Below are positions 34,781 through 55,487 of a stretch of 64,000 nucleotides of DNA, piece after piece. Origin of the DNA: Amoebidium appalachense (lineage: Eukaryota > Protista > Ichthyosporea); contig CAVNZM010000003.1 of assembly GCA_963693365.1 (NCBI GenBank), positions 12,249,651 through 12,313,650 of the forward strand, read 5' to 3'. A model generated the notes under the pieces. It ran no database searches. It was not told the origin of the DNA and saw only the letters and a list, made by a program, of their open reading frames with translations. The first letter of the stretch is position 1. The number at the start of each line of letters is the position of its first letter. A program made the translations under genes and the position numbers.

Positions 34781-36570
34781 ATGTGCATGCGTTTGTGTGG
34801 CCTGCGCACAAAACGTGTACACGCACAGATGAACGTTGTGTCTAGTGTGCCACCCGTTCCCATTTATTTGGTCGCACAGATATGTAATTGTCATGCATGC
34901 ACGTGTGTATGTGCACGTGTCTGCTGGCGGCACTGTGACATGGAAGTACCCGCACAGCGAGCAGTTGGTTGCAAAGTCGTGCTCACATGTGTGTACACGC
35001 ACATAGCGAGTGACACTGCATGTACATTCGTGGCAGCCCGGCTAGCCGGCATGCATGGTGTGCAATGAGGTGGACGGTGTGGTGGTGTGGACTCAGTTGA
35101 GGATTCTATATTAGATAGGAGGGTCTAATGAGATTAGCTTCGGCTCGATACTTGCAAAGATACATATGAATGCACAACTGCTACTGAGATCGATCACCAT
35201 ATGGGCCACTACTCTGGGGCAACATATGCATGAGTGGCGATTTATGCATGACATGTGATTATGATCAATTGCAGTGCTGCGATGCAATACGCCATCGAGG
35301 TAATTTATGCATACTTGCATACACATACAGCATTCTGCGTAATGGTAGGCTGCGACATGCCATATGTGTGCTGGTGGCCTGAGACCATGATGCTTATATC
35401 GATCACGACAGACAAACATCAAGGTGGGCACACACATCTCTCCTCCACCATCCAACATCCCATCTGTGGTCAAAAGGAAACGTCTAGGATGCCTGGTCAC
35501 CATGATCATGATGATGAACCGTACGTGCACACAGGCAATATATATGGATTGATTCGACTGTAGCGCCATGCACCTGGATATCCTTGCAGGCCATGTTTAT
35601 CTCGATGGGGCCCCAAGCGACCAGTAACCGAAGGCTGCATGCATACCGCTCTCACACGGCTTTGCTATTGCACTGCCTGCCAGAGTGGCTGAGGGATCAT
35701 GCCCCCACGTGAATAGAACACAGAATGAATGCATATGTTTACGACACAGGCTGCCTACAGGATGTCCCACTACTGTAACAGATACCGTCCGCCAATGTCA
35801 TGCCATCCCAGAATGTGTTAAAGGGAGCTGTTAAAGGATACATGTTCTGAACTGTAGTGCCCATGTGCACCCGTCGTTATGTTCTTTAAACCCCCCCCCC
35901 CCCCCTTCCCCCGCCCTCTCTCTCCCCCCAGGATGGGGTTGGGGTTGCCACGGCAGGGGCGGGGGGCGGAGGGGAAGAGGGTGGCATGATTCAGGCTGCC
36001 AATCAGAGCATCCCAAAATGTACATGGTCACGTTTTATTTTTTCTTTTTTCCTTCTCACAGAACCTAGCTGCAAGGATGTTTTTAATGGCGGGGTCGATG
36101 GCCGGTAGCTGTATGTCACACGACACATGTTGATCGGTGGTGGCCCCCCATGTGCATGCACCACATGCATGGCCCGCTTGGTGACATGCCAGCACACAGA
36201 CCAACACCCATCACCCTGCCTGCAGGCCCAGAACACACAGGGCCCATACAATGACATCATGCAATGTACACACATCCAATCTGCCGTACACCCACCACCC
36301 CACAAAACAATACGCATGGGCATGGGCCCACCAGGCTGCACCATGGCTTTGGCCGCCACAGCCACCCCTGGTCCTGCCTGCCCCCATACAAGCTTGGCAC
36401 CAGCCCATTCACTATCTGATTGGGGCACCATAAAAAACGAGCAGGATAATGCATCAGAGACTGGCCATAAAAGGGAACCAGGCCATGCCATTGAAAAAGG
36501 GGTAGAGAAACGCATTCAAAAACAGGGAGAGCAAAGAAGGTAGCTGGGCCGATGCTTGGGCAGCATGGTG

Positions 36571-40067
<3,497 letters not shown>

Positions 40068-40082
40068 ATACGCACCACCATG

Positions 40083-40498
40083 GCGTGTGCTGCGTCTTTG
40101 GCCCGCTAGGTGCTGCAATGTGTGTGTGGGCGGTCAGGACGGGCAACAAGAGTGACTGACACGGTCTGACTGACTCGCCGTGTGGGGTGATGGGGGTGAC
40201 GCAAGGTTTTTTTTTTTTTGACGCAAGGGGTTGGGGGCCTGCTGTTTGCGACATCACTGGTACCCACTACACCAATCAGATGTCAGAGATGATGCAAACT
40301 TAGCCAATGAGATGTCAGATCCCGAGGGCTTACAACGGCCAAGTTCAAGTTCAACCAAACCGTTTCAGCGGCCCAAACCGTTGGGCCAAACGTTCTGTTT
40401 GAAGCTAAAGGGAGGCACACATAGGAGGGCCAGCTAGGAGGGCCTTGTTATCCTCGTGTTCCTCACTCGTTCAACTACTCTGGTCGTAGCGTGGCAGC
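40083..40498. promoter_or_regulatory. Likely bidirectional promoter between HYKK-like and F-box genes
   Basis: Divergent starts ~430 bp apart. Two similar CCAAT-containing motifs: CCAATCAGATGTCAGA (~40272) and CCAATGAGATGTCAGA (~40304). Confidence 0.55.
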
Positions 40499-43457
<2,959 letters not shown>

Positions 43458-43752
43458 CTAGCTGCCATGTGTTGGCAGGAGAGGAGCACTTACATATGGG
43501 CCGGGCCAGCACAGCACCTAACTATTGGGCCGGGCCAGGGCATTTCCTAACTTAGATACTTGCTGCCTCGCTGCTATCAGCAGTGGCAGTGGTGAGCAGT
43601 ACTCAATGCAGGGTCATGGTGGTAGCAGGGGTTGTAGACCCCACCGTGGGTGGCCTTTTTTCATTCATTCTTCATTCATTCCAGTCATTCAACACAACAG
43701 GCCACATGGCCGTCCTTCGTGCAATCACACGTGCATGCGTGCCTTCATGCCT

Positions 43753-44482
43753 CTACTCCATGCTGTCCTCTAGCCCTGCCTCTCCCTCGACGTCCCCGTC
43801 CAGATGGTTGGCCAGGTCCTGTGCACCCCAAGTGTCAGTACACGAGGTAGAGTGTGCATGTGGGTGAGGCACGTGCCCTGTGTGCGCTGCAGCTGGCTGT
43901 GCCCTGTGTGTGTGTGTGTGTATGCTGCCTGTGTGTGTGTATGCTGCATCTCTGTGTGTATGCTTCATGTGTGTGTGTATGCTGCATGCGTGTGTGTGTG
44001 TACGCTGCATGTGTGTGTGTGCATATGCTGCCTGTGTCCTGTTTGTGTGGATACTGCATGCACTTGTGCATGCTGTCTGTTCCCCGTGTTGGTACCAAAT
44101 GCCAGATAGTACATGTAGCTTCCAGTGTGTGCGTCCCTTTGTGCTATGCCTGAATAATAAGAATGGGAGGACTCTGCAAACCCCCCCCCCCCCCCCCCCC
44201 CCCCCCTCCCTGGGGCATGCACTTACCGATGCCTGCTGCTCAGCCAGCTGCATCTGCTCCACCAGGCTGCTGGCACTGTTCATCCGTTAGCAAACCATTC
44301 ATGGACCACACATGCCACAAGACACATACAACCATATAGCCACCACCGTAACCACCACCAAAACCATGATACGTCCAGACCTTCCACACACTCCTGAAGT
44401 TCACCACTCAAGAAACCCAGCCATGCATGGGCATGACAACCAGTTGTGAATAAAATGAGCCTTAGGAACTGAGGAGATCAGA

Positions 44483-44514
<32 letters not shown>

Positions 44515-45260
44515 CGTGCGTTTGAGTGTGTGTGTGTGTGTGTGCGCGCGCGCGTTTGAGTGTGTGTGTGCATGTGTGTGTGAGTGTGTGTGTGAGTGTG
44601 TGTGTGTGTGTGTATTTGTGTGTGTGTGGGTGGGCACACAAGAGCATGTGGTTATGGTTATGAGGAAGGAAGGGTGGTTTGTGTGCGTTTGTGTGTGTGT
44701 GTGTTTGTGTGTTGTGTGTTTTTGTGTGTGTGTGTGTATATATATGTGGCGGTGGTTGGGGGGAGGAGGGCGGGGCAGAGACTTAATAAGTGCATATGCA
44801 TGAGGACATGAGGGAGCAGACCATAAATTCGGTGCCGTGGCAATGGCAGCAGCCAGGCCCGCAAACAGGGCAGCCAGGCGGCGCATGGCACTCAGATACG
44901 TGTACCTGCATGCCCTGTTGTCAGCACCCAGCCACAACCATACCCCGTACCCCCTGGCCCTGCCCATACCCGACCCTGGCCAGCATGGCCAGGCACAGCT
45001 GGTCAGCAGCCACCATGGCGCCCAGCAGGCCCACACCCTCCAGCAGCACATAAAGCCCTGGGCCCAGCCCACTGACCAGCACAACACGCCCACTGGCCCC
45101 ACCCTGCTGCCACTCGGCCGCGCCTGTGCATACCTATCAGTGCTCATACAAAACACCACACAAACACGTAAACCCCCCCCCTCCCCCCTCCCTCCCCCCC
45201 AGGGAAAAAATACACATACGAAACACACACACACACACATACGTACAGCGACTTCTCTCC

Positions 45261-45307
<47 letters not shown>

Positions 45308-46244
45308 AAAAAATATAAAAAATAATAAAAAATAAAAAATCATAAAAACAAAAAATAAAAAGGAAAAAGAAAGATTTCCGAACATAGCCACGCACACGAG
45401 CAAACAGATTATTAACCAAACCCACCCTTCCCCAAAAGCCCATACCCATGTATGCGGCACAGCAGCGGTCCAGCACATCCACCAGGCCCCTCAATGTGTC
45501 CTGCTGGCACCCACATGGCCCTGCAGGCCTGCAGCCCAGCATCAGCCCTGGCCCCGTGCATACCCCCACCACACCACTGGGCCCACTGCATGCACGAGGC
45601 ACAGCCATGGGTGGGCCCTGCCCGACCCACCCAGCCAACCATCAGGGATATCCTATAGCACCCACCACTGGCCCATGCTGCACCATGCCACCCCCAGCAG
45701 CCGCACGGCCAGCAGTGCCTGCTGCCACCCTCCTCCCATGCTGCCGCCCTGCCAGCCACTGCCTGGCCCTTCCATCTCCCGCCGTGGCTGACGGCCAGCA
45801 CCGTGGCCACTTGCCAGGCAGGCCAGCATCCCTGCCATGTGGCCCAGCATGCAGCTGGTGCCCCCAACACCCTGCGCCCCACCAGTCAGCCCTGCAGCCA
45901 GGCCCCAACACGGCTCACCAGAGCCACCCACGTGTGAGGCCAGCATCTGGGCCGTGCATGCCTGCTGGGCCCCCAATGACGTTAGCAGCTGCAGGCCGGC
46001 CAACAGCAGTGTATCCATGCTGCCGCCCCTGCCCCATGGTCAGCAGCCACCCAGCCATGCCGCATGCAGCCACAAGCCGAAGAGCCCATACTCTGCCTGT
46101 GCCGCTCTCAGGCACAGCCGGGCCAGGGCCGGGCCATGGGGAGCCAGTACTAGGTCAGCCAGGCCCGGGCAGGCATTGGCCGTGCATGCCAGGCACTGCA
46201 GCACCAGCACTACCACCCCTGCACATCATGTCAGCACCCCCTCT

Positions 46245-46275
<31 letters not shown>

Positions 46276-48419
46276 TCCCCCCCGTTCCCCTCCACACACA
46301 CACCCATTTCTGTCTTGGAGCTGCCCCTACCTGTCGGCACCTGGTGTGTGGGGTCTGTCCAAGCCAGCAGGGCCAGCAATGTGGCCCCCACCTCTGCAGC
46401 CAGCTGGGCCCCATGCTCCTGGCCCCCTGAATTGCCCTCTGCCCCCTGCTGCTGCACATGCTGCATGCCAGCTGGCCCCAGTACTATCCGGCCCTGGGCC
46501 ACACGCAGGGCCACCCTGCCTGCTGGGCTGGGTGGCTGGGCTGGGGGCTGCATGGTGGGGCGCATGTGGGTGGCCAGCAGCAGGCAGGCCTCTGGGCAGC
46601 CCCCCAGCAGGCGCCTCAGCAGGGCCAGCACCTCGGCCAGCAGTGCCCAGTCCCGGCACACAAGCACAGCAGCACCTGGCGTGGCCGTGGGGGTGGCCAG
46701 GCGGGGCCGTTTTCTCGGGGCCAGCTGTGTGATGGGCTGCAGGCTGCCGGGGGTTTCTGCCGTTGGGCCGTCCTCCATGTGCAGCAGGGCTTGCAGCATT
46801 GTGTCGCACAGGCCCAGCAGCAGCAGCCAGCTCTGGCCCTGCCCCGTGCCCAGCTGCCGCAGCCCCTCGGCCACCACCGTCAGCAGCCCTGCGGCCAGCC
46901 GTCAGCATCATGCACACTGCCAGGGGCCAGTCACAGGGTGCAGCAAAAAGGACAGCACTCACGTGGCTTTGTGTCGGGGGCCAGGCTGGTGGCGGCACAC
47001 AGGGTCTGGGTCAGCCCCACCAGTGTGCCCTGCTGCCCAGGCCCAGTGGCCGGGCCCAGCAGATCTCCGAGCAGCAGGTGGGCACTGGTGCTGGCCGTAG
47101 TGTCTGCAGCTGGCAAGGGTGGTGGGGGGGTCTGTGGCTGTGGCTGGTGGGGTTCCTTAGGGCTTTGTGGCTGGGGGTTTTGCTGAGCAGCAGCCAGGGC
47201 ACTGCGCAGTCGATCTAGTTCCTGCTGCAATGCTGCCTGCTGGCCACGGATGGTCTCAGCCTGTCGCTGCTGCGCCTCACGTTCCCGTTTGTGCCGCTTG
47301 CTGCATGCAGCCACGGTCAGCACCCTTCACATCCCCCCCCCCCCCCCCACCACCACCACCACCCTCTCGGGTGACTTACATTTCCCCCTCCAGCTCTTCC
47401 ACCTCCCTGTCTCTGAAGGCAAGCTGTGTGCGCATGTTCTCCAACTCGTGTGACAGACCATCCGAGAGTTGCATCTGCCCAGCCAGGTTAGCCACAGCCA
47501 CTAAGGCCAATATGGTTATCCAAGCGGGCAACACCATCTGCAAGAAGATTCACGGAAGGAGTGACCTACAAACCACGACTACAGATATGCCCGACTAAAC
47601 CAGCCACACTGCAGAAATTACTTCGATCTCTCCCCCCCTTCCTACACAGTGGAGAGCAGAGACGACACACCCAGGCACAGGCCACACACCCACCCCCTTA
47701 CCTGGGATGCAGCAACTTCCTGCTCCTTTGCTTCCAGTTGGCTCCGCAGAGCCTGGTACCCATCCCAAAGGTAAGCAACCTTGCCTCCCCCCCTCCCCCA
47801 GCCCTCCCTGTCACCCACCTCTATCATGCGGGCCTGCTTCTCCGTGTTTGCCCGCAGAATGGCAATCTCACCCTCCTTTGTCTGCAGCACACTGTGAAGG
47901 TCTTCTGGGGGCCTGAGAGCTGTGTGAGTGTCTGCCCCCCCCCTCCCCCCCCCCCCCCTCTCCCCTCTTCCCCCCCCCCTCCCCCCCCCCCCCTCCCCTC
48001 CCCCCTTCACTTTTAGACTGGCATGCATCGCTCACCTGCCCCCAGGCACTTGGCTGCCATTAGGCGGGCCCCCGAACGCCACCAAAGCACCATTTCTGGC
48101 ACCGGCAGGCTGCAGAAAGGGTACGAGAGGGGAGAGGGTCAGTGAGGGGGAAAGAGAAGGAGCCCCCAGACAGTGCACGGAGTGAGTGGGATTAAAGGCC
48201 GGGGAGATGTGTATGCTGGTGATAAGCAAAGCAACGCTAGACACAACAGTGAGCAGCGTTTCAGAGGCACAAGGAATAGCCGGAAGAAGTGGAGCAGGGC
48301 AAGTGATAGTGAAACATGATAATGGAGCACGGTAGGGTGAAGGGCGGTCACTGGGGCGGGCAGAGTGGGGGGAGGAGTAAGGGAGGGAGGTATTAAGAGA
48401 CATGGGGAGAGAGAGCGAG

Positions 48420-48456
<37 letters not shown>

Positions 48457-48463
48457 GGGGGGG

Positions 48464-48505
<42 letters not shown>

Positions 48506-48634
48506 AGGGAGGGAGGGAGGGGGAGAGAGGGAGGGAGGGAGGGAGGGAGGGAGGGAGGGGGGGAGGGGGGAGGGGGGGAGGGGGGGGGGGGGAAGGGAGG
48601 GAGGGAGGGAGGGAGAGAGAGGGAGGGAGGGAGG

Positions 48635-48691
<57 letters not shown>

Positions 48692-48808
48692 GCAGCTGTC
48701 AAGAGGAGCAGGAGCAGGCACCTGCGTCTGGCCCGTGAAGTCATCGTCAAAAAGGTCGTCAAAGTCCAGCCCGGCCAGCAGGCTCTCGGGGTCCTGCTCG
48801 TCGCCCAT
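43753..48808 (-). CDS. ATRIP: ATR-interacting protein / Rad26 homolog (multi-exon; C-terminal exon structure approximate)
   Basis: Acidic N-terminus LDFDDLFDDDF. Coiled coil with TKEGEIAILRAN (cf. Rad26/ATRIP K.GEI.ILR) and ELENMRTQLAFRDREVEEL (cf. ATRIP ELQFKDAE). Leu-rich helical C-terminal exons. Confidence 0.68.
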
Positions 48809-49440
48809 GGCTACCTGCCTAGCCACACGGCGCCCCTGGCTGGCATGGTGCAGGGGCACACAGCTACGCCTGGCAGTGCTGACTGCCTTAATCCCTACAC
48901 GTCTATGTTATACTAGAATGGTTTGTGTATACCCCGGCGTCCTGCCTGCGCTGCCTGCCTTTTTAACACAACTGGCTTTTGATATCGAATAAGAAAAGAC
49001 CATAGATACAAATTAAGTAACCAAAATTGTCTACAATATAGCTAAAAATACGGCTATTGGAGTAATAAATGTTGGTTTGTATAATATACTTGATAGTTGG
49101 TTCAGTCGACTTCCCCACGGTACCACCACCAGGTACTGGCATTTGAGCCACTCCTCGTTGCAGTGGTCAAATAGAAATGGCTCATAGGCACGGCCATCTA
49201 GAGAGTCTCAAATATCTCAAATACAAATATTTCTTATTTGGGCGGCAGACATATGTTCTGAGTCAAGACTGCTGTTCTGGCTCATTTGGGACTCACCCTC
49301 CGCCGCTATATAATAGACGTACGCTGGTATCGCTAGGTTTATGATCCCCCTGAGCCTCAGAGTTGTCTCTACTCAAAGGAGATAGCTGATTGCTATCAGG
49401 CCTTTGGGATTCATTCACACATCAGTTATATATTGAATTT

Positions 49441-49642
49441 ACTTCACTTTCACTTCGAAATCTTAGCTGTCACGTCAACTTTTTTTCCCGATTCTTCACC
49501 ATGGCAGGTATATAAAGGCTTTCGTCTCTTCTTTTTGTGGGGACTTCACTTTCACTTCGATCTCTTAGCTGTCACGTGAACTTTTTTTCCCGATTCTTCA
49601 CCATGGCAGGTATATAAAGGCTTTCGTCTCTTCTTTTTGTGG
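49441..49642 (+). repeat. 102-bp tandem duplication containing TATATAAAG (possible promoter / LINE 5' end)
   Basis: Units start at 49441 and 49543: ACTTCACTTTCACTTCG...ATGGCAGGTATATAAAGGCTTTCGTCTCTTCTTTTTGTGG. Confidence 0.85.
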
Positions 49643-50339
49643 TGGGAGGGAGTCCCACTCAGGGGAACGTGACTGCAGCACGTGTGTGGTGTGGCCTGGT
49701 GTATTCCTACTGCTGTGAGAGTGTGGGGGCATCTCCCTTTCGCGGCGAGTTTCTCGCTTGAGAAGTGGTTTCTTCAACGCCTGGTGGACCCCACTGCAAC
49801 CTAATAGTATGGTAACTTCTACACGCTGTCTACGCTTCTACGCGACCTATTGGCGGTGGGCTGCTGCAACTTCTTCAGCTACTTCTGCGCTGCGTGAGTG
49901 GAGGGGCGGCTACTTGGTCGTCGGGGAGCTTTCCAAGTGACTGCCAGTCCTTAGCCTCCAGTCGTATGGCAATGACCGGGTTTGCTTGCATGCATTCTGT
50001 AATTGTGTTTTTCTGTGTGTCCTGCCACAACTAGGCCACCTTATCAGAGAGCTAGATGCAGTTTCTCCGGGTTATCTAGGGGCCGGGCTCGTTGGGATTG
50101 TTTTTTTAGCTCAGATTTGGTCTGCATTGCTCTTTTAGAGGCTGACTTGCTTGCTGTGCCTTGGTAGGTTTTGAGGGGGGCCTGTTGGGAAGCAGCAGTA
50201 ATGGTGTCTTCTTGCGGAGTGTGGTCTAGTCAACATCGATGCATATGACTAGTTGGAGCAAACTAGTTTCACGCATACACGTACACTTAAGGTTTTGCCC
50301 GCTGGTGTCCTTTGTCACTTGTCGCTTTATTTTTATTTC

Positions 50340-52156
50340 GTAGCCCACCGCACACCCCCCCCCCCAACTATGTCAGTTAAACGTACTGCCACACAAGCTA
50401 TCACCACCTTTACCATCGGCTGGCTCATTACTCACACATACTCCCCCTCCCCTCCCTCCACCCAACCCCCCTCCTCCTCCTCCCCCACCCCTTCCCCCCG
50501 CCCTCCATCCTTTCCACCCACCCCCACCAACCCCTTTTCCACCCCCGTCTTCCTCTCCCCCACTCTCCTACCGCAGCCTGAACAAGGCCTCCCCGCTGTG
50601 CGTGCTTCTGCACTACCCTATGCATCGCTGTCCTCGGGCGCCGCACTGTCATGGACTTCTAAATCTAGCCTCATGTAATAGTATCGCTCTCAATGCAAAT
50701 TCCGAAAATTAGGTTAACACCCGGTTTTTCCCGTTCCCGGGGTCTTCTGCAGGGGTCCCTACTGAGTCCGTTGTTGTTTGACATTTTCATTGACGATTTA
50801 GCCTGCGCCCTCGAACCCTTTGGCCAACTGCATACCCGCCGTGTCCCAGGTCTCCTTTTTGCGGACGATATTGTTCTTTGTTCTTTAACCGAAGATGTCA
50901 TGCACCAGATGCTTCGTCAGGTGGATCAATGGTGCACCGAGAATCTCATGACAGTCGGAATTGCAAAGTGTGCTACTTTTTCGAAGAACACTTCCTTTCG
51001 ATTGGCCGGCCTCCCTATTCCTGTTCAGAGCACCTATGACTATTTGGGTATTCCTTTTACTGCACGGGGTATTGATTTCAGCAAGCTCCTCACGGCACGG
51101 ATCGCTCGTGCGAAGGGTAAGCTTCACATCGTGTCAAATATGTTTCAACAGGAGTCTGTGATCCATCCTGCGAACCTTCTTCTCTACTATAAAACTTTTT
51201 TACGGCCGACTTTCGAATATGGACTTCCGCTATTGGCCTGCGCCCCACCTCGCGAGGCGGCAATGGCGCTGAACGAGTTCGACGATTTTCAGGGTACTGC
51301 GCTACGCACTTTGTTTCGTACTCGGTTTGTGCCTCCCTTAATCAGTATGTTTGGATTGTCGTCTGCTGTTTGTCGTATGGAGGAATTGTCTCTTCGTTTT
51401 TGTTTTCATTTAGTTAGGCTACCTGATGGTCACCCTCTTTATGCTTTCTTTCCCCCCCTCCCTCCATCCCTCTTCCCCACCGATTCACCAACGCTACTTC
51501 TGAATGTCCTCAGCCTACCCTCTTTCCACCTGATTCTTCCTCTCGCTATCTCACTCCCTCTTTCTTTTCTCTTCCTGTTTTTTCTGCCTTTTCGCGTTAT
51601 TACCATACGCAGTATAAGTTTCTTTCTCGTTCTGATAGAGAAATCAAAGGTAAAACTCAGTCGGCATGTGTTATGTTCCTTAGGCAACACCGTACTGATC
51701 ATTATCGCTTTTTGGGAGCTTTGGCAGGATACATTTCTCCTGCTGTACGTATGGATACCACCCTAGTAGATAAGTCTGTATGGTGCTCTGATGTTGATAT
51801 TGCCTGGGAAGTTGTGCAGTGGCGCTGTAATTCTTGTTTTCAGATGATCACCGCTGGTGCCACTTTTGTGCTGACCTTTTTAATCGCAAGCATGTTGATA
51901 GGTGTGAATTTTTATGTCGCGTTTTACCTCTTTCCCTCCGGGTATCTGCTACACTAGCTGGCAATGTGAACACTTTAGACTTTTTGTTGAATTCTGTTGG
52001 TCGTCACATTGAGTATTTATATGATTTTCACACAGTGTTCAGGTATCTCAGTATGCACTTGTTACTGGATAACTCGTGAAGTTTTTATTGTCTTCTCAGT
52101 ATGCCGTGCATACTTGCATATCTTTCCGTCGAATAAATCCAGTCAAAAGAAAAAAA
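50340..52156 (+). mobile_element. Non-LTR retrotransposon family A, longest copy, defective (early RT subdomains absent, frameshifts)
   Basis: GLLQGSLLSPLLFD, LFADD, YDYLG in ORF 50693-51766. The C-terminus continues in another frame. 4-nt insertion at ~51843 relative to other copies. A-tail at 52150-52156. The 5' boundary is uncertain and may extend to ~49441. Confidence 0.85.
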
Positions 52157-52260
52157 TTCGGTCCATGATGGCCAGCGGCCTCCTGATGTTAATGAAAATC
52201 CCTTTTGTCCAATGCAAATTGTTGGGCTTTCCTCCTTTGTGCTCTCCCCCTTTTCTCTTT

Positions 52261-52304
<44 letters not shown>

Positions 52305-53141
52305 CCCCCCCCCCCCCCCCCCCCCTCCCCCCCCCCCCCCCCTCTCTCTCTCCCTTGTTTCTGTGTTCACAGATATCTGTAGATCTGTGCACACCTGGCT
52401 CTCTTGCCTGATAAGAACTTATTGAATGTGTTTTATTTCTGTTTGCTCTCCTCTGTTTATCTGAGAGGTAGCGTGATTGGCTAGCTACATTCGTTGTCTT
52501 TCTTTTATTTCAAAGTGGCTTAGTTTTGTTCTCAATAGGATGGCTCGCCAATAGTCGCGAGCGAGTACATCTGTAGATCGTGTTGTGCATTCCTGTCTAT
52601 TAATATATGTGTTGTGATTGGACAATATATACATATGGAATTCTCGGCGGTTTATTGTAATGTGTCTTCACTTTGAGAGTGTCGACTATTAGGAAATATA
52701 TGTATTTAACTGAGTTTCTTTATAGAGTTGAATATAAATATATATGTGAGTTAATAGTGACTAGATCTATAATTACTTAATTTATTTAAGTAAGAATTTC
52801 TAAACTTTAGTTGAAGTCGGAAGTTGGAATGTGTATGCTCTGTCGGAATGTGTTTTTCTATCTTCTGATACAACCAATTGGTTCTTCCCCTTTAGTTGTG
52901 ATAAGATGATAAGTCGCAAGTACAAAAAGAACCGAGAGCACAATAAAGGATCAGTTGTTGTTTGAAATCTTTCAATGTCTCGTGAACAACTCCGATTGCC
53001 CTCTCTTTAATGTGTTAGTCATGTTTTACATGACACCTCTGTGCACTCTGCTCCCTTAGACCCGTACAAAGCAACACAAATTGACCCGGCGTCTGCGGCT
53101 GATGTATCTCAAATTCCCCCTTCCCCTTTCCTCCATCCTTC

Positions 53142-53178
<37 letters not shown>

Positions 53179-53592
53179 ACCCCCCAATCCCCCCATCCCC
53201 CCACACCGTGACACACACTCCCACAACCCCCCGCCCGCCCACCGCCGCCCCACCCGCCATAGTAGGCTGTGTCACTGGCTTTGTTTACAGCCGCGCCTCC
53301 GAAAAGTCTAGCGTTTGGCTCCCTACGGGTGTTAGTGGTTTGCCGTTCACTCTCAGCGACCAACACCACTACCGCCGACCAACATAATACCCCCTAGTTC
53401 ACAGTGCGACCCCTCCCCCCCCCCCACCCCCATCCACCCTCCATCCACGTCAATCCGCCACCCCAACCACCCCCCCCACCCTTCCCTGCCCCCACCAACC
53501 CCCCCGATCGTGCTACGGACTTGCAACTACCCACCGAAGTCCCCCTTTCCAGTCGATTCCCCCTAAACCCCCGTCAGACTCTCTCCCCTCCC

Positions 53593-53623
<31 letters not shown>

Positions 53624-54705
53624 TCCTTCCGCCTTTCCCCCACCCACTCCCTCACCCACTCACCCCTGTCCCACCCACCCCCACCCCCACACGCATATCA
53701 CCTCCGTTTTCAACCTCTACTCAACCGACCCTCGAACCCGCTGTTCCCCCTAAACCCTCGAATCCATTCCCAACTCCCCTTGACCCCTCACACCCCCCTG
53801 TCCCTCACACCGCCCCTTCCCCTTCCCCCCCACCCTCCTTCATCAGCAAACATCACCCCGAGCTTTTTTGGGTAACATTGTCATCTTTTTATAACATTTT
53901 GGGTACCAATGTCGTACGAGGGTATACAATGTTACCAGTGTACAAACCCTAAATACAGATTGCTAACATCGTGTTACAATTGTGTGTAACAGTATGGCAG
54001 TGGTATCACCCTGTATAACACACCGTTACCAGCATGTCACACAGAATGATATCACAGTTTTACACGGTCTGGTAACTATAATATATACAGTGTTACAAAC
54101 GTGGTATCTTTAACGCATACATGATTGTACAACGTTGGTACACAATGACACCATAATGGTACATATTGGTATAACTGTTTGATATACCGGGGTAACCATT
54201 ATATACCATTACGGTAACACGATCTTACCACGCCGGACACCGAACGGATACATTTGTTGACATTGTGTTGCCATAAATTTAACTTTATTTTACATAGTGG
54301 TGACGCATTTGTACCAATATGCCAAATTCCTGTATACCACGGGATAACACAGGAGTCACCAATGCTATACAAAGCCTTGAGTTATACTTCAGGTAACTAA
54401 AATCTACAATTCATGTACCAAAGGTGAACCCAGGTATACCACGAGAACGACACATGTTTACCATTTATACATTACGGATAACATTAAAACGACATTACGA
54501 TACCATTTGTATACGTTGACATGCCCGTTTGGTAACAAATGGGTGGTATTCGGTATATACATTTTACTTTTATGTTAACCATACCGTACCATATTGTTAT
54601 CAATTTGTATTCCCCCCCCCCCCCCCCCTCCCTCCCTCCAGTTCTGCAGACAGACACGAAGATGATGATCACTTTTTCTTTTTACTAAGTACTTGTGGGG
54701 CATCA

Positions 54706-54854
54706 AGCACACAAGTAAACAGCACAACTAATATACCACCCCAGGTGGCATCCTACAGCACACAAGTTAACAACACAACTAACATACCACCCCAGGTGGC
54801 TCCTACAGCACACAAGTTAACAACACAACTAACATACCACCCCAGGTGGCATCC
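54706..54854. repeat. ~50-bp tandem repeat x3
   Basis: AGCACACAAGTTAACAACACAACTAACATACCACCCCAGGTGGC(A)TCCTAC repeated three times. Confidence 0.9.
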
Positions 54855-55013
54855 ATTCTCTATTATCTACTTTATCTCGCATCTCGTAACAACATTACTC
54901 CTATGCAAACAAAAAATACCAAAACGAATCATGACAAAAAAAGAAAAAAAAAGAAGAAAAAAAGAGAAAAAAAACTACCACACAAGCACAACAGGCTGGG
55001 CTGGGGCCGCATT

Positions 55014-55212
55014 TTAAGGCGGCGTCTCCTTCTCACTGATCTGCTGGCCGGGAGGGGTTGCAGTGGGGGTCGAAGGTTGCTGAGCACGTGGGGCCCCGTC
55101 GTCGGCAGGGGGGGGGGTGGAAGACCTGGGAGGGGAGTCTTTCTTCTCCTCCTTTTCTTCTGTGGCCTTCTTCTCGAGACGGCGGAGAATCTCCTGGTGG
55201 CTCGCCAACTCC
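55014..55212 (-). CDS. Possible terminal exon of an unknown small gene (ELASHQEILRRLEKKATEEKEEKK...)
   Basis: CAG acceptor, coiled-coil-like then Pro-rich peptide, TAA stop. No family recognised; may be transposon-borne. Confidence 0.3.
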
Positions 55213-55487
55213 TGGAGAACAATGCATGTTAGATATGCATAAAGCAACTTGAAAGCGAAAGCAACTTGAAAGCGTATTCCCCTCCACCCAAAAAGACTAA
55301 CCATCTAATCTATACAATCAACCAAACTCCTACAACATGTGTAAGTAGAGGTGATAAAAAATGCTGTGAGTCCTCTCCCATGATAACAACAAAGCTCTTC
55401 ATTGTGTCTGGTCGTGAGCAACACAGAAACGAAAAAAGGAAACAACAGCAGCCATAGGACTGAAGAGCCGGTACCCACCTCTAGAGT

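Noticed and set aside
45448-47100. 550-aa plus-strand ORF
   Set aside because: Antisense shadow of GC-rich ATRIP-like exons; it crosses introns and poly-C.
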